Below are positions 9,368 to 18,911 of a stretch of 64,000 nt of DNA, piece after piece. Position 1 is the first letter of the stretch. Each line of letters starts with the position of its first letter. The notes below the pieces were generated by a model. It was not told where the DNA came from. It made no database searches and saw only the letters and a program-made list of their open reading frames with translations. The DNA is from Parcubacteria group bacterium Gr01-1014_3 (lineage in GTDB: Bacteria; Patescibacteriota; Minisyncoccia; UBA6257; WO2-44-18), in contig VMGF01000002.1 of NCBI GenBank assembly GCA_007376445.1, positions 13,673 through 77,672 on the forward strand. The letters run 5' to 3'. Made by a program: the position numbers and the translations under genes.

Positions 9368-9893
9368 TAAGCAACTTAGCGCCAAAATTGAAGCCCTTCT
9401 ATTCATCTACGGAGAGGCGATGACCTATAAAAAAATGGCCGAGACCTTGGATTGTTCCGAAGTGGAGTTAAAATCCGCTATTCAAGAACTGGAGGAAAGT
9501 ATTAAGTCGGACCAACGCGGTTTAATTTTAGTTTCGGACAAGGACAAGGTACAGTTGACGACCAAGCCGGATTTTGCCGGCCTTTTTGAACAGCTAATTA
9601 AGGAAGAGATGAGCGAGAATCTTACGCCGTCGGCGCTGGAGACTCTTTCGATCGTTACTTACGCCGGGCCAATCTCTCGGGCGGAGGTTGATTATATCCG
9701 GGGCGTAAATTCGAGTTTTACCCTGCGCAATCTATCTATCCGCGGACTCGTAGAACGTCTTATCGATCCGCATCGGGCCAATGCCTATATTTATTCTCCG
9801 AGTATGGAATTCTTAAAACTTCTCGGTATTTCCAAGAAAGAAGATCTGCCGGAGCACGAAAAATTTAGCCAGTTGGTTAAAAAACTCCACTAA
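9342..9893 (+). CDS. scpB: segregation and condensation protein B
   Basis: LEALLFIYGEAMTYKKMAE… and SPSALETLSIVTYAGPISRAEVDYIRGVNSSFTLRNL (tandem winged-helix). Confidence 0.85.
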   Translation: MPKIIMPTNKQLSAKIEALLFIYGEAMTYKKMAETLDCSEVELKSAIQELEESIKSDQRGLILVSDKDKVQLTTKPDFAGLFEQLIKEEMSENLTPSALETLSIVTYAGPISRAEVDYIRGVNSSFTLRNLSIRGLVERLIDPHRANAYIYSPSMEFLKLLGISKKEDLPEHEKFSQLVKKLH

Positions 9894-9964
9894 TATGGCT
9901 AATCTAGCACTAATATACCAATATACAGATACACGAATTAGTATATTCGCGCTCGATTCGTATA

Positions 9965-10867
9965 TTGGTGGAGTATAAAACTATGACAAAGTTTAATTTG
10001 CAAAGCTTCGCTTTTGCCGCGGTCGTTTTATTTGCGGTTTTAGTTAATTTTTCCGGACGGGAAAATACCAAAGAGACAATATCCGCGGCCGAAATTTCCG
10101 ACACCAATCTCACCGCCAATATCGCGGTGATTTCTGATATCGATCCCACGCCGCCAATTTTCAAGGTTTTACCGAATGTTAAGGCGGTTACGGCTTACGC
10201 CAAGGAACTCTTTGGATCGCAGGTATTTTTTGAAAAGAATATTCATCAGCAATGGCCGGTTGCTTCACTGACTAAATTGATGACCGCCGCGGTTGCGCTG
10301 GAAAAGATCGGAATCAATCAAGAAGTTGTGGCGAGTGAAAATGCCGTCGCCACCGAAGGTATCGCTGGCGGCTTGCTGGTAGGAAGATCGTACCCGGTCC
10401 GCGAGCTTATAAATGTATTGATGGGTGTTTCCAGTAATGACGCCGCGGTCGCGCTGGCCGAATCTTATGGCGTTAAGCGTTTCGTGGCCACGATGAATTC
10501 TAGGGCGGGGAATATCGGAATGCTGGACACGGTTTTCGCCGATCCAACCGGACTCACTTCTTTGAACCAGTCCAATGTTTTGGATCTGGAAAAATTAGTG
10601 AAGCACGTCTTTAATAATTATCCGGAAATTCTAACTGCCAGCCGCCAGCCCGATGTAAAAATCGCTGGGCAAGTGTTTAAAAACATCAACGCCTTCGCGG
10701 GCCGACCGGATTTTCTCGGCGGTAAAACTGGATTTATAGATGAGGCGAGTGGTAATCTTATTTCATTGTTCAATGTTGGTGGTCAGCCTGTTTTAATAAT
10801 CGTTCTTGGGAGCGACGACCGCTTCGGCGACACGCGAAAAATCTATGATCACATTACAGGCAGTTAG
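9965..10867 (+). CDS. D-alanyl-D-alanine carboxypeptidase (S11, PBP5/6-like)
   Basis: SxxK (ASLTKLM), SxN (SSND), KTG (GGKTGF). N-terminal signal/TM. Confidence 0.8.
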   Translation: MVEYKTMTKFNLQSFAFAAVVLFAVLVNFSGRENTKETISAAEISDTNLTANIAVISDIDPTPPIFKVLPNVKAVTAYAKELFGSQVFFEKNIHQQWPVASLTKLMTAAVALEKIGINQEVVASENAVATEGIAGGLLVGRSYPVRELINVLMGVSSNDAAVALAESYGVKRFVATMNSRAGNIGMLDTVFADPTGLTSLNQSNVLDLEKLVKHVFNNYPEILTASRQPDVKIAGQVFKNINAFAGRPDFLGGKTGFIDEASGNLISLFNVGGQPVLIIVLGSDDRFGDTRKIYDHITGS

Positions 10868-11891
10868 AATTATCGGACTTTCCATGGCCGCTTTTCTGGT
10901 GGCTTTCGCGGCTACGCCGTTAGTCAGTAAATTACTGACGCGATTTAACGCGAACAAACAGCTCCGTTCCAGCGAACAGGCGCCGATCTTTGCTAAGTTG
11001 CATCAAAAGAAATCTGGCACACCGACGATGGGCGGCGTGATCATCTGGGGCACCGTGCTGGGCCTGGCTTTATTGTTCATGCTGTTGGATTTCTTTTTTG
11101 ATGGATTTTGGAGTTATTTGAATTTCGTGGATCGCGCGCAGACCTATCTGCCGATCACGGCAATGTTAGTCGCGGCTCTGATCGGACTCGCGGATGATAT
11201 TCTGGGCGTGTTAAAGATCGGTCCAAATGGCGGCGGTCTGAGGATCAGCCAGAAGCTGGTGGTTTATATGGTTATCGCTCTTGTCGGCGCGCTTTGGTTT
11301 TATTATCGGCTAGGCTGGGATACGCTTTCCGTGCCATTTATCGGCAATATCACGATCGGTTGGTGGTACATTCCGTTATTTATTTTCATAATCGTGGCTA
11401 GCGCTTTTTCCTCCAATGAAACTGATGGCCTGGATGGTTTGGCGGGTGGAGTTTTGCTTTTTGCTTTCGCGGCGCTGGTGGTAGTGGCTTTCGCGATTGG
11501 CCGGTATCACTTAGCCGCTTTCGGCGGCATGACCATCGGCGCGCTACTGGCCTTTCTCTGGTTCAATATCTATCCGGCCAGATTTTTCATGGGGGACACT
11601 GGCTCAATGTCCCTGGGCATTACCATGGGCGTGATCGCTATGCTGACCAATACGACCTTACTCTTGCCGTTATTCGCGCCGATCTTAGTTTTAGAATCCC
11701 TCTCGGTAATTATTCAGATCGCCAGTAAAAAATTGCGTAAAGGCAAAAAAGTATTTTTATCCGCCCCTATCCACCATCATTTTGAGGCGATTGGCTGGCC
11801 GGAGACGCAGATCACGATGCGCTTTTGGATTATCTCCGTGGTCTTCAGCGCTCTTGGCTTGACCATTTTCTTCTTGACGAAATATCTATAG
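10844..11891 (+). CDS. mraY: phospho-N-acetylmuramoyl-pentapeptide transferase
   Basis: MGGVIIWG, NETDGLDGLAGG, GDTGSMSLG, APIHHHFE. Start trimmed to ATG at 10844 (MITLQAV…). Confidence 0.9.
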
Positions 11892-11936
11892 AGACGATAA
11901 TTAAATACAGTTGTTTGAAAGGAAAGGAGCACAACA

Positions 11937-13070
11937 ATGCGTACTAGGTTTTTGATTTTCGCGACGCTGATGACTTTTAGTTTGATTGGAAGTAATTCCT
12001 TTGTTATCGCCCAGGAGAAGAAACAGGAAGAGCCGTCGAAGAGCGGTAAAGAAATTGCCGAGATGTTTGAAGACGCGGTGGTTCAGATCGAGACGACTGC
12101 CAAGTGGGATAATGGCATGGAGACTGGCGGATCCGGCAGTGGATTCTTTATTGATGACAAGGGGCATATTTTGACCTGCGCTCACGTGGTCAAGGAAATG
12201 GATGAGGTTATGAAAAATCCGTTTAACGGCCAGAGCGCTAAGGTATTGAGCTACTCTTACTGGGTCATCCTGCCGGAAAAACAAAAAAAGATTCGCGCTG
12301 AAGTCGTTGGTTGGAATAAGCATGTCGATATCGCGCTGATGAAGGCTAAGATCGACGCGCGTGATTATAAATACGCGAAGCTCGGTGATCCGAACAAACT
12401 CAAGAGGGGTGATAAGGTTTACGCGATCGGCAGTCCTTATGATCTCCAGAATACTCTTACCGCGGGATCCGTGAGCGGATTGCACCGTTATCTCGATATG
12501 AATTATGTTGAAGATTTCATTCAGACTGACGCGGCTATCAATCCCGGAAACTCCGGCGGCGTCCTGATCAATGATCGGGGCGAGGTGGTCGGGCTTACGG
12601 CGGCCAAGTACATGATGGCTGATAATCTTGGATTCGCGATTTCTATCGAGCTTGCGAATATCGATCGGCTGATGAAAGGCGAAGTAAAACTTGGAGAACT
12701 TGGAGCTGGCGTAATGTTGGATAATTTCCCGCGGACCAGCGGATTTGAAGATTTGCGGCGACTGAATGAAATTACCGATATTGATGATCTGGAATCTTTG
12801 ATGACCCTGGCTCGTTTGACGAAAGACAACTGCTCGCTGGTTACCAAGGTTGATAGAGAATCTCCGGCCGCTAAGGCGGATCTCCAGCGAGGTGACCTGA
12901 TAAATTCCGTTAACGGCAAAGTTGTGAAGAATGGACGTGAAATCCGGATTCATTTACTGGCCACGGAAATCGGAAAAGAAGTCGCGGTTAAGATCACCCG
13001 CCTAGAGAAGGGCGTGGCAAAGGAGCTGACCGTTACGGTCACGCTGGCTGAACCTAAGAAGGACAAGTAA
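11937..13070 (+). CDS. HtrA/DegP-family serine protease with C-terminal PDZ
   Basis: Catalytic triad context TCAHVV, DIALMK, GNSGGVL. PDZ-like C-terminus. Signal peptide. Confidence 0.8.
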   Translation: MRTRFLIFATLMTFSLIGSNSFVIAQEKKQEEPSKSGKEIAEMFEDAVVQIETTAKWDNGMETGGSGSGFFIDDKGHILTCAHVVKEMDEVMKNPFNGQSAKVLSYSYWVILPEKQKKIRAEVVGWNKHVDIALMKAKIDARDYKYAKLGDPNKLKRGDKVYAIGSPYDLQNTLTAGSVSGLHRYLDMNYVEDFIQTDAAINPGNSGGVLINDRGEVVGLTAAKYMMADNLGFAISIELANIDRLMKGEVKLGELGAGVMLDNFPRTSGFEDLRRLNEITDIDDLESLMTLARLTKDNCSLVTKVDRESPAAKADLQRGDLINSVNGKVVKNGREIRIHLLATEIGKEVAVKITRLEKGVAKELTVTVTLAEPKKDK

Positions 13071-13072
13071 AT

Positions 13073-13378
13073 GTGGAGATGGCTACCATGCTCAAGCGTA
13101 GATGGAATTCTGCCAAGAATGCCTTTACTAGATTGGTCGTGGTCAGTTCGCGCTTTTCTTTCTCACTTTGCGTTGGGTTTTGGTGTGGGGTTATCGCTCT
13201 GTGCGTTGATCTGGATCATATTACGATGCTGTGGGGCCACCCCCATGGAAGAGTGGCGCATACGCCGCTCTTTGTTCTGGCTTGCCTTGTCTGTATCTAT
13301 TATGGTGCACGTCTTGGAAGACTACTTGTTGGGTTGGTTTTGAGAAAAATACGCAAAAATAATCAAGGACCGTCTTAA
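13073..13378 (+). CDS. small hydrophobic hypothetical protein
   Basis: 101-aa ORF with two predicted TM segments. An overlapping alternative frame (13071-13343) also exists. No homology recognised. Confidence 0.3.
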   Translation: MEMATMLKRRWNSAKNAFTRLVVVSSRFSFSLCVGFWCGVIALCVDLDHITMLWGHPHGRVAHTPLFVLACLVCIYYGARLGRLLVGLVLRKIRKNNQGPS

Positions 13379-13413
13379 TTGATGGTCCTTTTACTTTATA
13401 CGCTCGTATACTC

Positions 13414-13524
13414 TAATTTTAAATTCTAAATTTTTAATTTTAATTCAATGACCAAATGTTAAATTTCAAAATTAAATCATTGAAAATTAATTTAAAATTT
13501 ATAATTCAAAATTTAAAATTATTC
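13414..13524. repeat. AT-rich ~110-bp intergenic repeat, copy B
   Basis: taattcaatgaccaaatgttaaatttcaaaattaaatcattgaaaattaatttaaaatttataattcaaaatttaaaatta matches copy A almost base for base. Confidence 0.6.
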
Positions 13525-13616
13525 TGAATTAGGTTAATTTATTCGACCGACAGGATCCTTCGCTGCGTTCAGGATGACAGGATGGTAGTTGTCAAAATGG
13601 TATAATAAATGTATAA

Positions 13617-15125
13617 ATGGTTCTCATTAAAAGCGCACAAATTATAGATGGCACCGGCAAGCCGGCGTATAAGGCTGATGTTCTTTTAAGAGGCGATAAG
13701 ATTTCCGCCATCGGAACTTTTCCCAATAAAAAAGCTGATATCGTGATCGATGGGCTTGGGTTGTTTTTGACCCCGGGGTTTATAGATGTGAACACCGACT
13801 CTGACCATTATCTGAGCTTGTTCACGGAACCATATCAAAAAGATTTCGTCCGTCAGGGCGTCACCACGATTTTCGGCGGACATTGTGGTTCTTCATTAGC
13901 GCCGTTACTTTATGGCGGTCTGGAGTCAATTAGAAAATGGAGTGATATCAATCAGATCAATGTTGACTGGCACAGTGTTGGAGAATTTTTAAAAGTTTTG
14001 GACCGTCGCGGGCTTGGCGTCAACTTCGGCACCTTGATCGGCCACTCCACCTTGCGCCGCGCTTTGATCGGAGAAGGACTTCGCGATCTTACGATCAGCG
14101 ATCTGGAGATTTTTAAAAAATACATCAATGACTCTATGAAGGAGGGAGCCTTCGGTATTTCCACCGGATTAAGTTATGCTCACTCCCGCCAGGTTCCGTA
14201 TTCAGAGATCAAAGAACTGGTTCAGGTCGTGGCTGAGCATAAGGGAGTTTACGCTACGCACCTTCGCAATGAGAAAGAGGGTCTGCTTCCATCTATTTAT
14301 GAAACGTTGAAGGTCGCGGAGGAAACGGGCGCGGAAACTTTGATCAGCCACTTTAAGCCGATCTATGGCTATGAGCGCGACTACCAAGCGAGCTTGGAAA
14401 TACTAACCCCGGCCAATGTCCACTATGACACCTATCCATTCGATACCAGCGTCATTCCGATCTACACACTTCTGCCGGATTGGGCGCAGGTTGGGGGTTT
14501 CGAGGTGATCCGCACATATCTGACCACTCCCGGAACCAGGGAAAATGTGGTCAAAGCTATTAGCGCCACTAAAGGTGATGAGATCGGAGACATTCGTATC
14601 GCTCAAGCTCCGGGGTTTTCTCACCTGATCGGAAAAACTATCCGGGAACTCGCCGAAAATGAAGGGTTATCGTTGCCGGAAACCTTGATCAAAATGATTC
14701 TTCTGACCAATTTCCGAGCAGTTGTATTTTATAAAAATATCGCGCTTTCACTGGCGATCGCCGCTTTGATGAGAGAGCAGGCGATGGTGTCGTCAAACGG
14801 AGCCAGTTTGCCGGACGATCCGGATATTTTGAAGCAGGAAAGATTTTACAATACCTTTCCGAAATTCCTTGAAGTAGTGAATTCACAGAAGCCGATATCG
14901 CTGGAAAAGGCCATCAAAAAGATCACTTCCGATGCCGCCAAAAAATTCGGTTTGAAACAGCGCGGAATTATCCAGGCGGATAATTTTGCGGATCTGACTA
15001 TGTTTTCTTTCACGCCAGCCGGAAAGATGAAAGTTGATTTTGTTTTTGTGAACGGAGAGATGGCGGTCCAGGAAGGGGAGGCGCGATCTAGCTTAAGTGG
15101 CACGATATTGCGTCACAATCACTAA
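13617..15125 (+). CDS. amidohydrolase-superfamily protein (D-aminoacylase-like)
   Basis: SAQIIDGTGKPAYKADVLLRGDKISAIG…GFIDVNTD resembles the N-acyl-D-amino-acid deacylase N-terminus. The usual HxH metal motif is replaced by NTDSDH. Confidence 0.6.
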   Translation: MVLIKSAQIIDGTGKPAYKADVLLRGDKISAIGTFPNKKADIVIDGLGLFLTPGFIDVNTDSDHYLSLFTEPYQKDFVRQGVTTIFGGHCGSSLAPLLYGGLESIRKWSDINQINVDWHSVGEFLKVLDRRGLGVNFGTLIGHSTLRRALIGEGLRDLTISDLEIFKKYINDSMKEGAFGISTGLSYAHSRQVPYSEIKELVQVVAEHKGVYATHLRNEKEGLLPSIYETLKVAEETGAETLISHFKPIYGYERDYQASLEILTPANVHYDTYPFDTSVIPIYTLLPDWAQVGGFEVIRTYLTTPGTRENVVKAISATKGDEIGDIRIAQAPGFSHLIGKTIRELAENEGLSLPETLIKMILLTNFRAVVFYKNIALSLAIAALMREQAMVSSNGASLPDDPDILKQERFYNTFPKFLEVVNSQKPISLEKAIKKITSDAAKKFGLKQRGIIQADNFADLTMFSFTPAGKMKVDFVFVNGEMAVQEGEARSSLSGTILRHNH

Positions 15126-15127
15126 CA

Positions 15128-16225
15128 ATGTTGCGTACCCGCTCCGGCACCCCGGATTATCTGATCATGTTTTGTTTGATTTTCCTGGTGGTTTTCGGCT
15201 TGGTAATGCTGGCAAGCAGTTCTTCATATCTTGGCCAGGCTAAGTTTGGCGACAGTCTTTTTTATCTGAAGCATCAGATCTGGTATGGATTACTGCCTGG
15301 TTTGATCGGGTTTTTCTTGGCGTACTTCTTTTATTACCGGCATTGGGAAAAGCTGGCGATCATTCTTCTACTAGTCAATATAGTTTTTCTGATCTTGATT
15401 TTTACGCCACTTGGCTTGCAAGCTGGAGGCGCGGATCGCTGGCTCTACCTTGGCCCTCTGCGATTTCAACCGGCTGAATTATTAAAATTAACTTTCGTGG
15501 TCTATCTGGCCGCCTGGCTTTCTGGCCGGCTTGAGCGTCGGAAAACTTTTTGGCAGGGATATGTGCCATTCCTGATATTATCCGGCATTGTTTCTGCCCT
15601 AGTCGTATTGCAACCGGCTACTACTATCGTGGTTATTTTGATGCTAACCGCGCTGACGGTTTATTTTGTGAGTGGAGCCAAGCTTAAATATATCTTTGGG
15701 ACGATTTTACTTGGAGCGCTTATCCTAGCGACGATTGTTTATATAACGCCATATCGCTGGCAAAGAATTCAAAGCTTTTTGAATCAGACAGCCAACCCGC
15801 AAGCCGGCGGTTATCATTTAAATCAGGCGAAGATCGCGATCGGATCTGGCGGATTAACTGGCGTAGGGTATGGTGAGTCGACGACCAAGATCGGCTATCT
15901 GCCGGAACCAATTGGCGACTCGATCTTCGCGGTAATCGGCGAAGAGTTGGGGTTCATCGGATCAATGGGTTTGATAACGGTATTTTTTGTTTTAATTTTG
16001 AAAATATTTTTACTCGCGAAAAAATCTCGGGATCATTTCGCTAGGTTCTTGCTGGTTGGCTTTGGTACGCTGATCGCCTTGCAGGTTTTCATCAATATCG
16101 GAGCTATTTCCGGACTTTTACCTCTGACCGGTGTTCCGCTGCCGTTTATTAGCTATGGCGGCACCGCCTTGGCCACCTTTCTCACGATAAGTGGGGTTAT
16201 CGCGAATATCTCGAAATATAATTAA
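15128..16225 (+). CDS. ftsW: SEDS-family peptidoglycan glycosyltransferase FtsW/RodA
   Basis: GGADRWL, QPAELLK, IGDSIFAVIGEELGFIGS. Ten TM segments. Adjacent to murG. Confidence 0.85.
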   Translation: MLRTRSGTPDYLIMFCLIFLVVFGLVMLASSSSYLGQAKFGDSLFYLKHQIWYGLLPGLIGFFLAYFFYYRHWEKLAIILLLVNIVFLILIFTPLGLQAGGADRWLYLGPLRFQPAELLKLTFVVYLAAWLSGRLERRKTFWQGYVPFLILSGIVSALVVLQPATTIVVILMLTALTVYFVSGAKLKYIFGTILLGALILATIVYITPYRWQRIQSFLNQTANPQAGGYHLNQAKIAIGSGGLTGVGYGESTTKIGYLPEPIGDSIFAVIGEELGFIGSMGLITVFFVLILKIFLLAKKSRDHFARFLLVGFGTLIALQVFINIGAISGLLPLTGVPLPFISYGGTALATFLTISGVIANISKYN

Positions 16226-16274
16226 ACATGGTATCTAATTTTCAATTTTGCAATTTTCAATTTACAATTAAGGC

Positions 16275-17414
16275 ATGGCAAAGATTAGAATCGCGATGGT
16301 TGGCGGGGGAACCGGCGGGCATATTTATCCGATCGTTTCTGTCGCGGAAAAACTGAAAACTTGGTCTCAAAAGAGCGGAGTGGATATGGATATCCGCTAT
16401 TTTGGTCAGCCCGAGTCGTACGGCCAGCTTCTGGATATTTATGGTGTTCGCGTGGTGAAGATCGCCTCCAGCAAGCTTCGCCGGTATTTTTCTGTATTGA
16501 ATATCCTGGATTTCTTTAAATTTTTCATCGGCTTCGCGCAGAGTTTGGTTAAATTATATTTTTATATGCCGGACGTGCTTTTCTCCAAGGGCGGCCCGGG
16601 ATCTTTTTCGGTGATTTTGGCAGCCCGATGTTATTTTATTCCGATCGTCGTGCATGAATCTGACGCTATTCCTGGCTTGGCGAATAAATTGGCGAGCCGG
16701 TTCGCTAAAGTCATTGATCTGGCTTTCGCGAACGCCCGGCCACATTTTCAAGGCCGTAAGGCCCAGGTCAATCTGGTTGGAAATCCGGTCAGAGAGGATG
16801 TCTTAACAGAAATGCCCCGAGAACAAGCAAAGGTAGCCTTTGGGTTTGATCCGCAAAAACCGCTGATCTTCGTGATCGGTGGTTCGCAGGGCTCTACGAG
16901 ATTAAATGAGTTCATTTTAGATAATCTGGAGCCGCTTTTATTTAAATTCCAGGTATTGCATCAAGTAGGAAAAGATAATTTGAATGATTATCAAAAACAG
17001 TATAATTTTGTTACCAAAAACTTTTCTCCAGCTTTGACGCAAAACTATAAATTTGTTGGGTATTTGGAAAAAGATCAGTCTAAGGCCTTAGACGCGGCCG
17101 ATATGGTGATCTCGCGAGGTGGAGCTGGGGCAATTTTCGAGATCGCCGCTAAGGGTAAGCCATCTATTTTAGTTCCGCTTCCGGAATCCGCGGCGGATCA
17201 TCAACGACAGAATGCTTATGAGTATTCAGAAAAAGGCGCCGCCATTGTCATCGAAGAGAGTAATCTTTTACCGACCGTTCTCATCGGCCAGATCGAAAAG
17301 ATATTGCAAAATCCGGAACAAATCGCCAGAATGTCGGCAGCGGCGAAAAGCTTCTATCAACCGGAGTCCGCTAACCAGATCGCCATGCATATTTTGGAAC
17401 AATGGGTGGAGTAA
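16275..17414 (+). CDS. murG: UDP-GlcNAc:lipid I N-acetylglucosaminyltransferase
   Basis: GGGTGGHIYP N-terminal motif. GT28 C-terminal domain (ISRGGAGAIFE). Confidence 0.9.
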   Translation: MAKIRIAMVGGGTGGHIYPIVSVAEKLKTWSQKSGVDMDIRYFGQPESYGQLLDIYGVRVVKIASSKLRRYFSVLNILDFFKFFIGFAQSLVKLYFYMPDVLFSKGGPGSFSVILAARCYFIPIVVHESDAIPGLANKLASRFAKVIDLAFANARPHFQGRKAQVNLVGNPVREDVLTEMPREQAKVAFGFDPQKPLIFVIGGSQGSTRLNEFILDNLEPLLFKFQVLHQVGKDNLNDYQKQYNFVTKNFSPALTQNYKFVGYLEKDQSKALDAADMVISRGGAGAIFEIAAKGKPSILVPLPESAADHQRQNAYEYSEKGAAIVIEESNLLPTVLIGQIEKILQNPEQIARMSAAAKSFYQPESANQIAMHILEQWVE

Positions 17415-17453
17415 TCGCGAATATACAAATAAAAGATTAATATTGCGAATAAT
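17408..17453. repeat. conserved 46-nt intergenic element, copy a (GGAGTAATCGCGAATATACAAATAAAAGATTAATATTGCGAATAA)
   Basis: Near-identical to 30198-30245 and to the reverse complement of 63542-63588. Contains GCGAATA twice, ~30 nt apart. Confidence 0.6.
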
Positions 17454-17461
17454 ATATAGAA

Positions 17462-18907
17462 ATGGTGGCTAAAAAGATAAAACCTGTACGTGTAAGAATT
17501 GCCCCGAGTCCCACGGGGTATTTGCATATCGGCACGGCCCGGACGGCGCTTTTTAATTATCTTTTCGCGAAACAAAATAATGGCAGTTTTATTTTGAGGA
17601 TCGAAGACACCGATCTTGAGCGCTCGGAGAAAAGATTTGAGGAAGATATTATCAATAGTTTGCAGTGGCTTGGTTTGGATTGGGATGAAGGCCCGGTTGC
17701 CGGTAAAAAAACTTATAAGGGAAAGTTTAAGCCTTATCGGCAAACTGAGCGGCTGGACACGTATGAAAAATATATTAATAAACTCTTAGAAGATCACGCG
17801 GCGTATTATTGTTTTTGCACCAAAGAAGAGCTGGAAAATCAGCGTCAGGCGGCCTTAGCCGAAGGCAGGGCGCCGAAATATAGCGGAAAATGCCGATCTT
17901 TAAGCGCTGAAGAGGTGAAGCAGAACATGGCCATCAATCAAGGCCATGTGATCCGTTTTAAAGTTCCGGAAGTCACCGTGTCCTTTAAAGACCTGATCCG
18001 CGGCGAAATATCATTTGATGCCACCCTGATAGGGGATATCGTGATCGCGAAAGATCCAAGAGTCCCGCTTTATAATTTCGCGGTGGTAGTGGACGACTCG
18101 GAGATGGAGATTTCGCACGTAATTCGCGGCGAAGACCATATCGCTAATACCCCCAAGCAGATCTTAATTCAGCGGGCCCTGGGTCTTGATCAGCCTGAGT
18201 ACGCTCACTTGCCGCTGATCTTAGATCCTGACCGAAGCAAGATGTCCAAGCGATATTCCGCGACCTCGATCAATGAGTATAAAGAGCAAGGATTTCTACC
18301 CGAAGCCATGGTTAATTTTATGGCGCTTCTAGGCTGGCATCCGCAAGGGGATAAAGAGACCTTCACGATCGAAGAATTGGCGAAAGAATTTGATCTTACT
18401 AGGATTCAAAAAGCCGGCGCGGTTTTTAATATCGCTAAATTAAAATGGGTCAACGGGCAATATATCAAAAAACTCCAGCCCGAACAGTTAATGCTTCGTT
18501 TGGGTCTTCCAGAAACGAAAGAAAACCTACGCGTTGGCGCTATTGTAAAAGACCGGCTCGAGACTTTGCAGGATTTTGCCGCTCTGACCGATTTTTTATT
18601 CAAATTGCCGGAATACGAAGCTGGGTTGCTTGTCTGGCAAACCAACACGAAAGAAAAAACTAAAGAAAACCTGGAGTCCGCGCGAAAGATCCTCTCAAAT
18701 ATCGAGGAGGCTGACTATAATAAAAAATATCTTGATGAAGTATTAATGCCGACAGCGATCGCGCAAGGAAAAGGGGATTATCTTTGGCCGCTTCGGGTCG
18801 CGGTTTCCGGACAAAAAGCTTCGCCTGGTCCATTTGAGATCATTGAGGCCTTAGGCAAGGAAAAAACCCTGGAGAGGATTCAGATCGCGATAGACAAGCT
18901 TATCTAA
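17462..18907 (+). CDS. gltX: glutamyl-tRNA synthetase
   Basis: HIGH motif SPTGYLHIGTART. KMSKS motif KMSKR. The -ARTALFNYLFA- context is typical of GluRS. Confidence 0.95.
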   Translation: MVAKKIKPVRVRIAPSPTGYLHIGTARTALFNYLFAKQNNGSFILRIEDTDLERSEKRFEEDIINSLQWLGLDWDEGPVAGKKTYKGKFKPYRQTERLDTYEKYINKLLEDHAAYYCFCTKEELENQRQAALAEGRAPKYSGKCRSLSAEEVKQNMAINQGHVIRFKVPEVTVSFKDLIRGEISFDATLIGDIVIAKDPRVPLYNFAVVVDDSEMEISHVIRGEDHIANTPKQILIQRALGLDQPEYAHLPLILDPDRSKMSKRYSATSINEYKEQGFLPEAMVNFMALLGWHPQGDKETFTIEELAKEFDLTRIQKAGAVFNIAKLKWVNGQYIKKLQPEQLMLRLGLPETKENLRVGAIVKDRLETLQDFAALTDFLFKLPEYEAGLLVWQTNTKEKTKENLESARKILSNIEEADYNKKYLDEVLMPTAIAQGKGDYLWPLRVAVSGQKASPGPFEIIEALGKEKTLERIQIAIDKLI

Positions 18908-18911
18908 AAAA

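Noticed and set aside
11901-12953. 350-aa antisense ORF inside the HtrA protease gene, and similar long antisense ORFs (6803-7264, 31018-31797, 33308-33748, 34453-34926, 62806-63516)
   Set aside because: Each lies opposite a gene with clear family motifs. They have biased composition, no RBS, and no conserved domain.
13071-13343. Alternative 90-aa frame overlapping the 101-aa small ORF
   Set aside because: Two overlapping frames cannot both be read. Neither has homology, and only one is listed, at low confidence.
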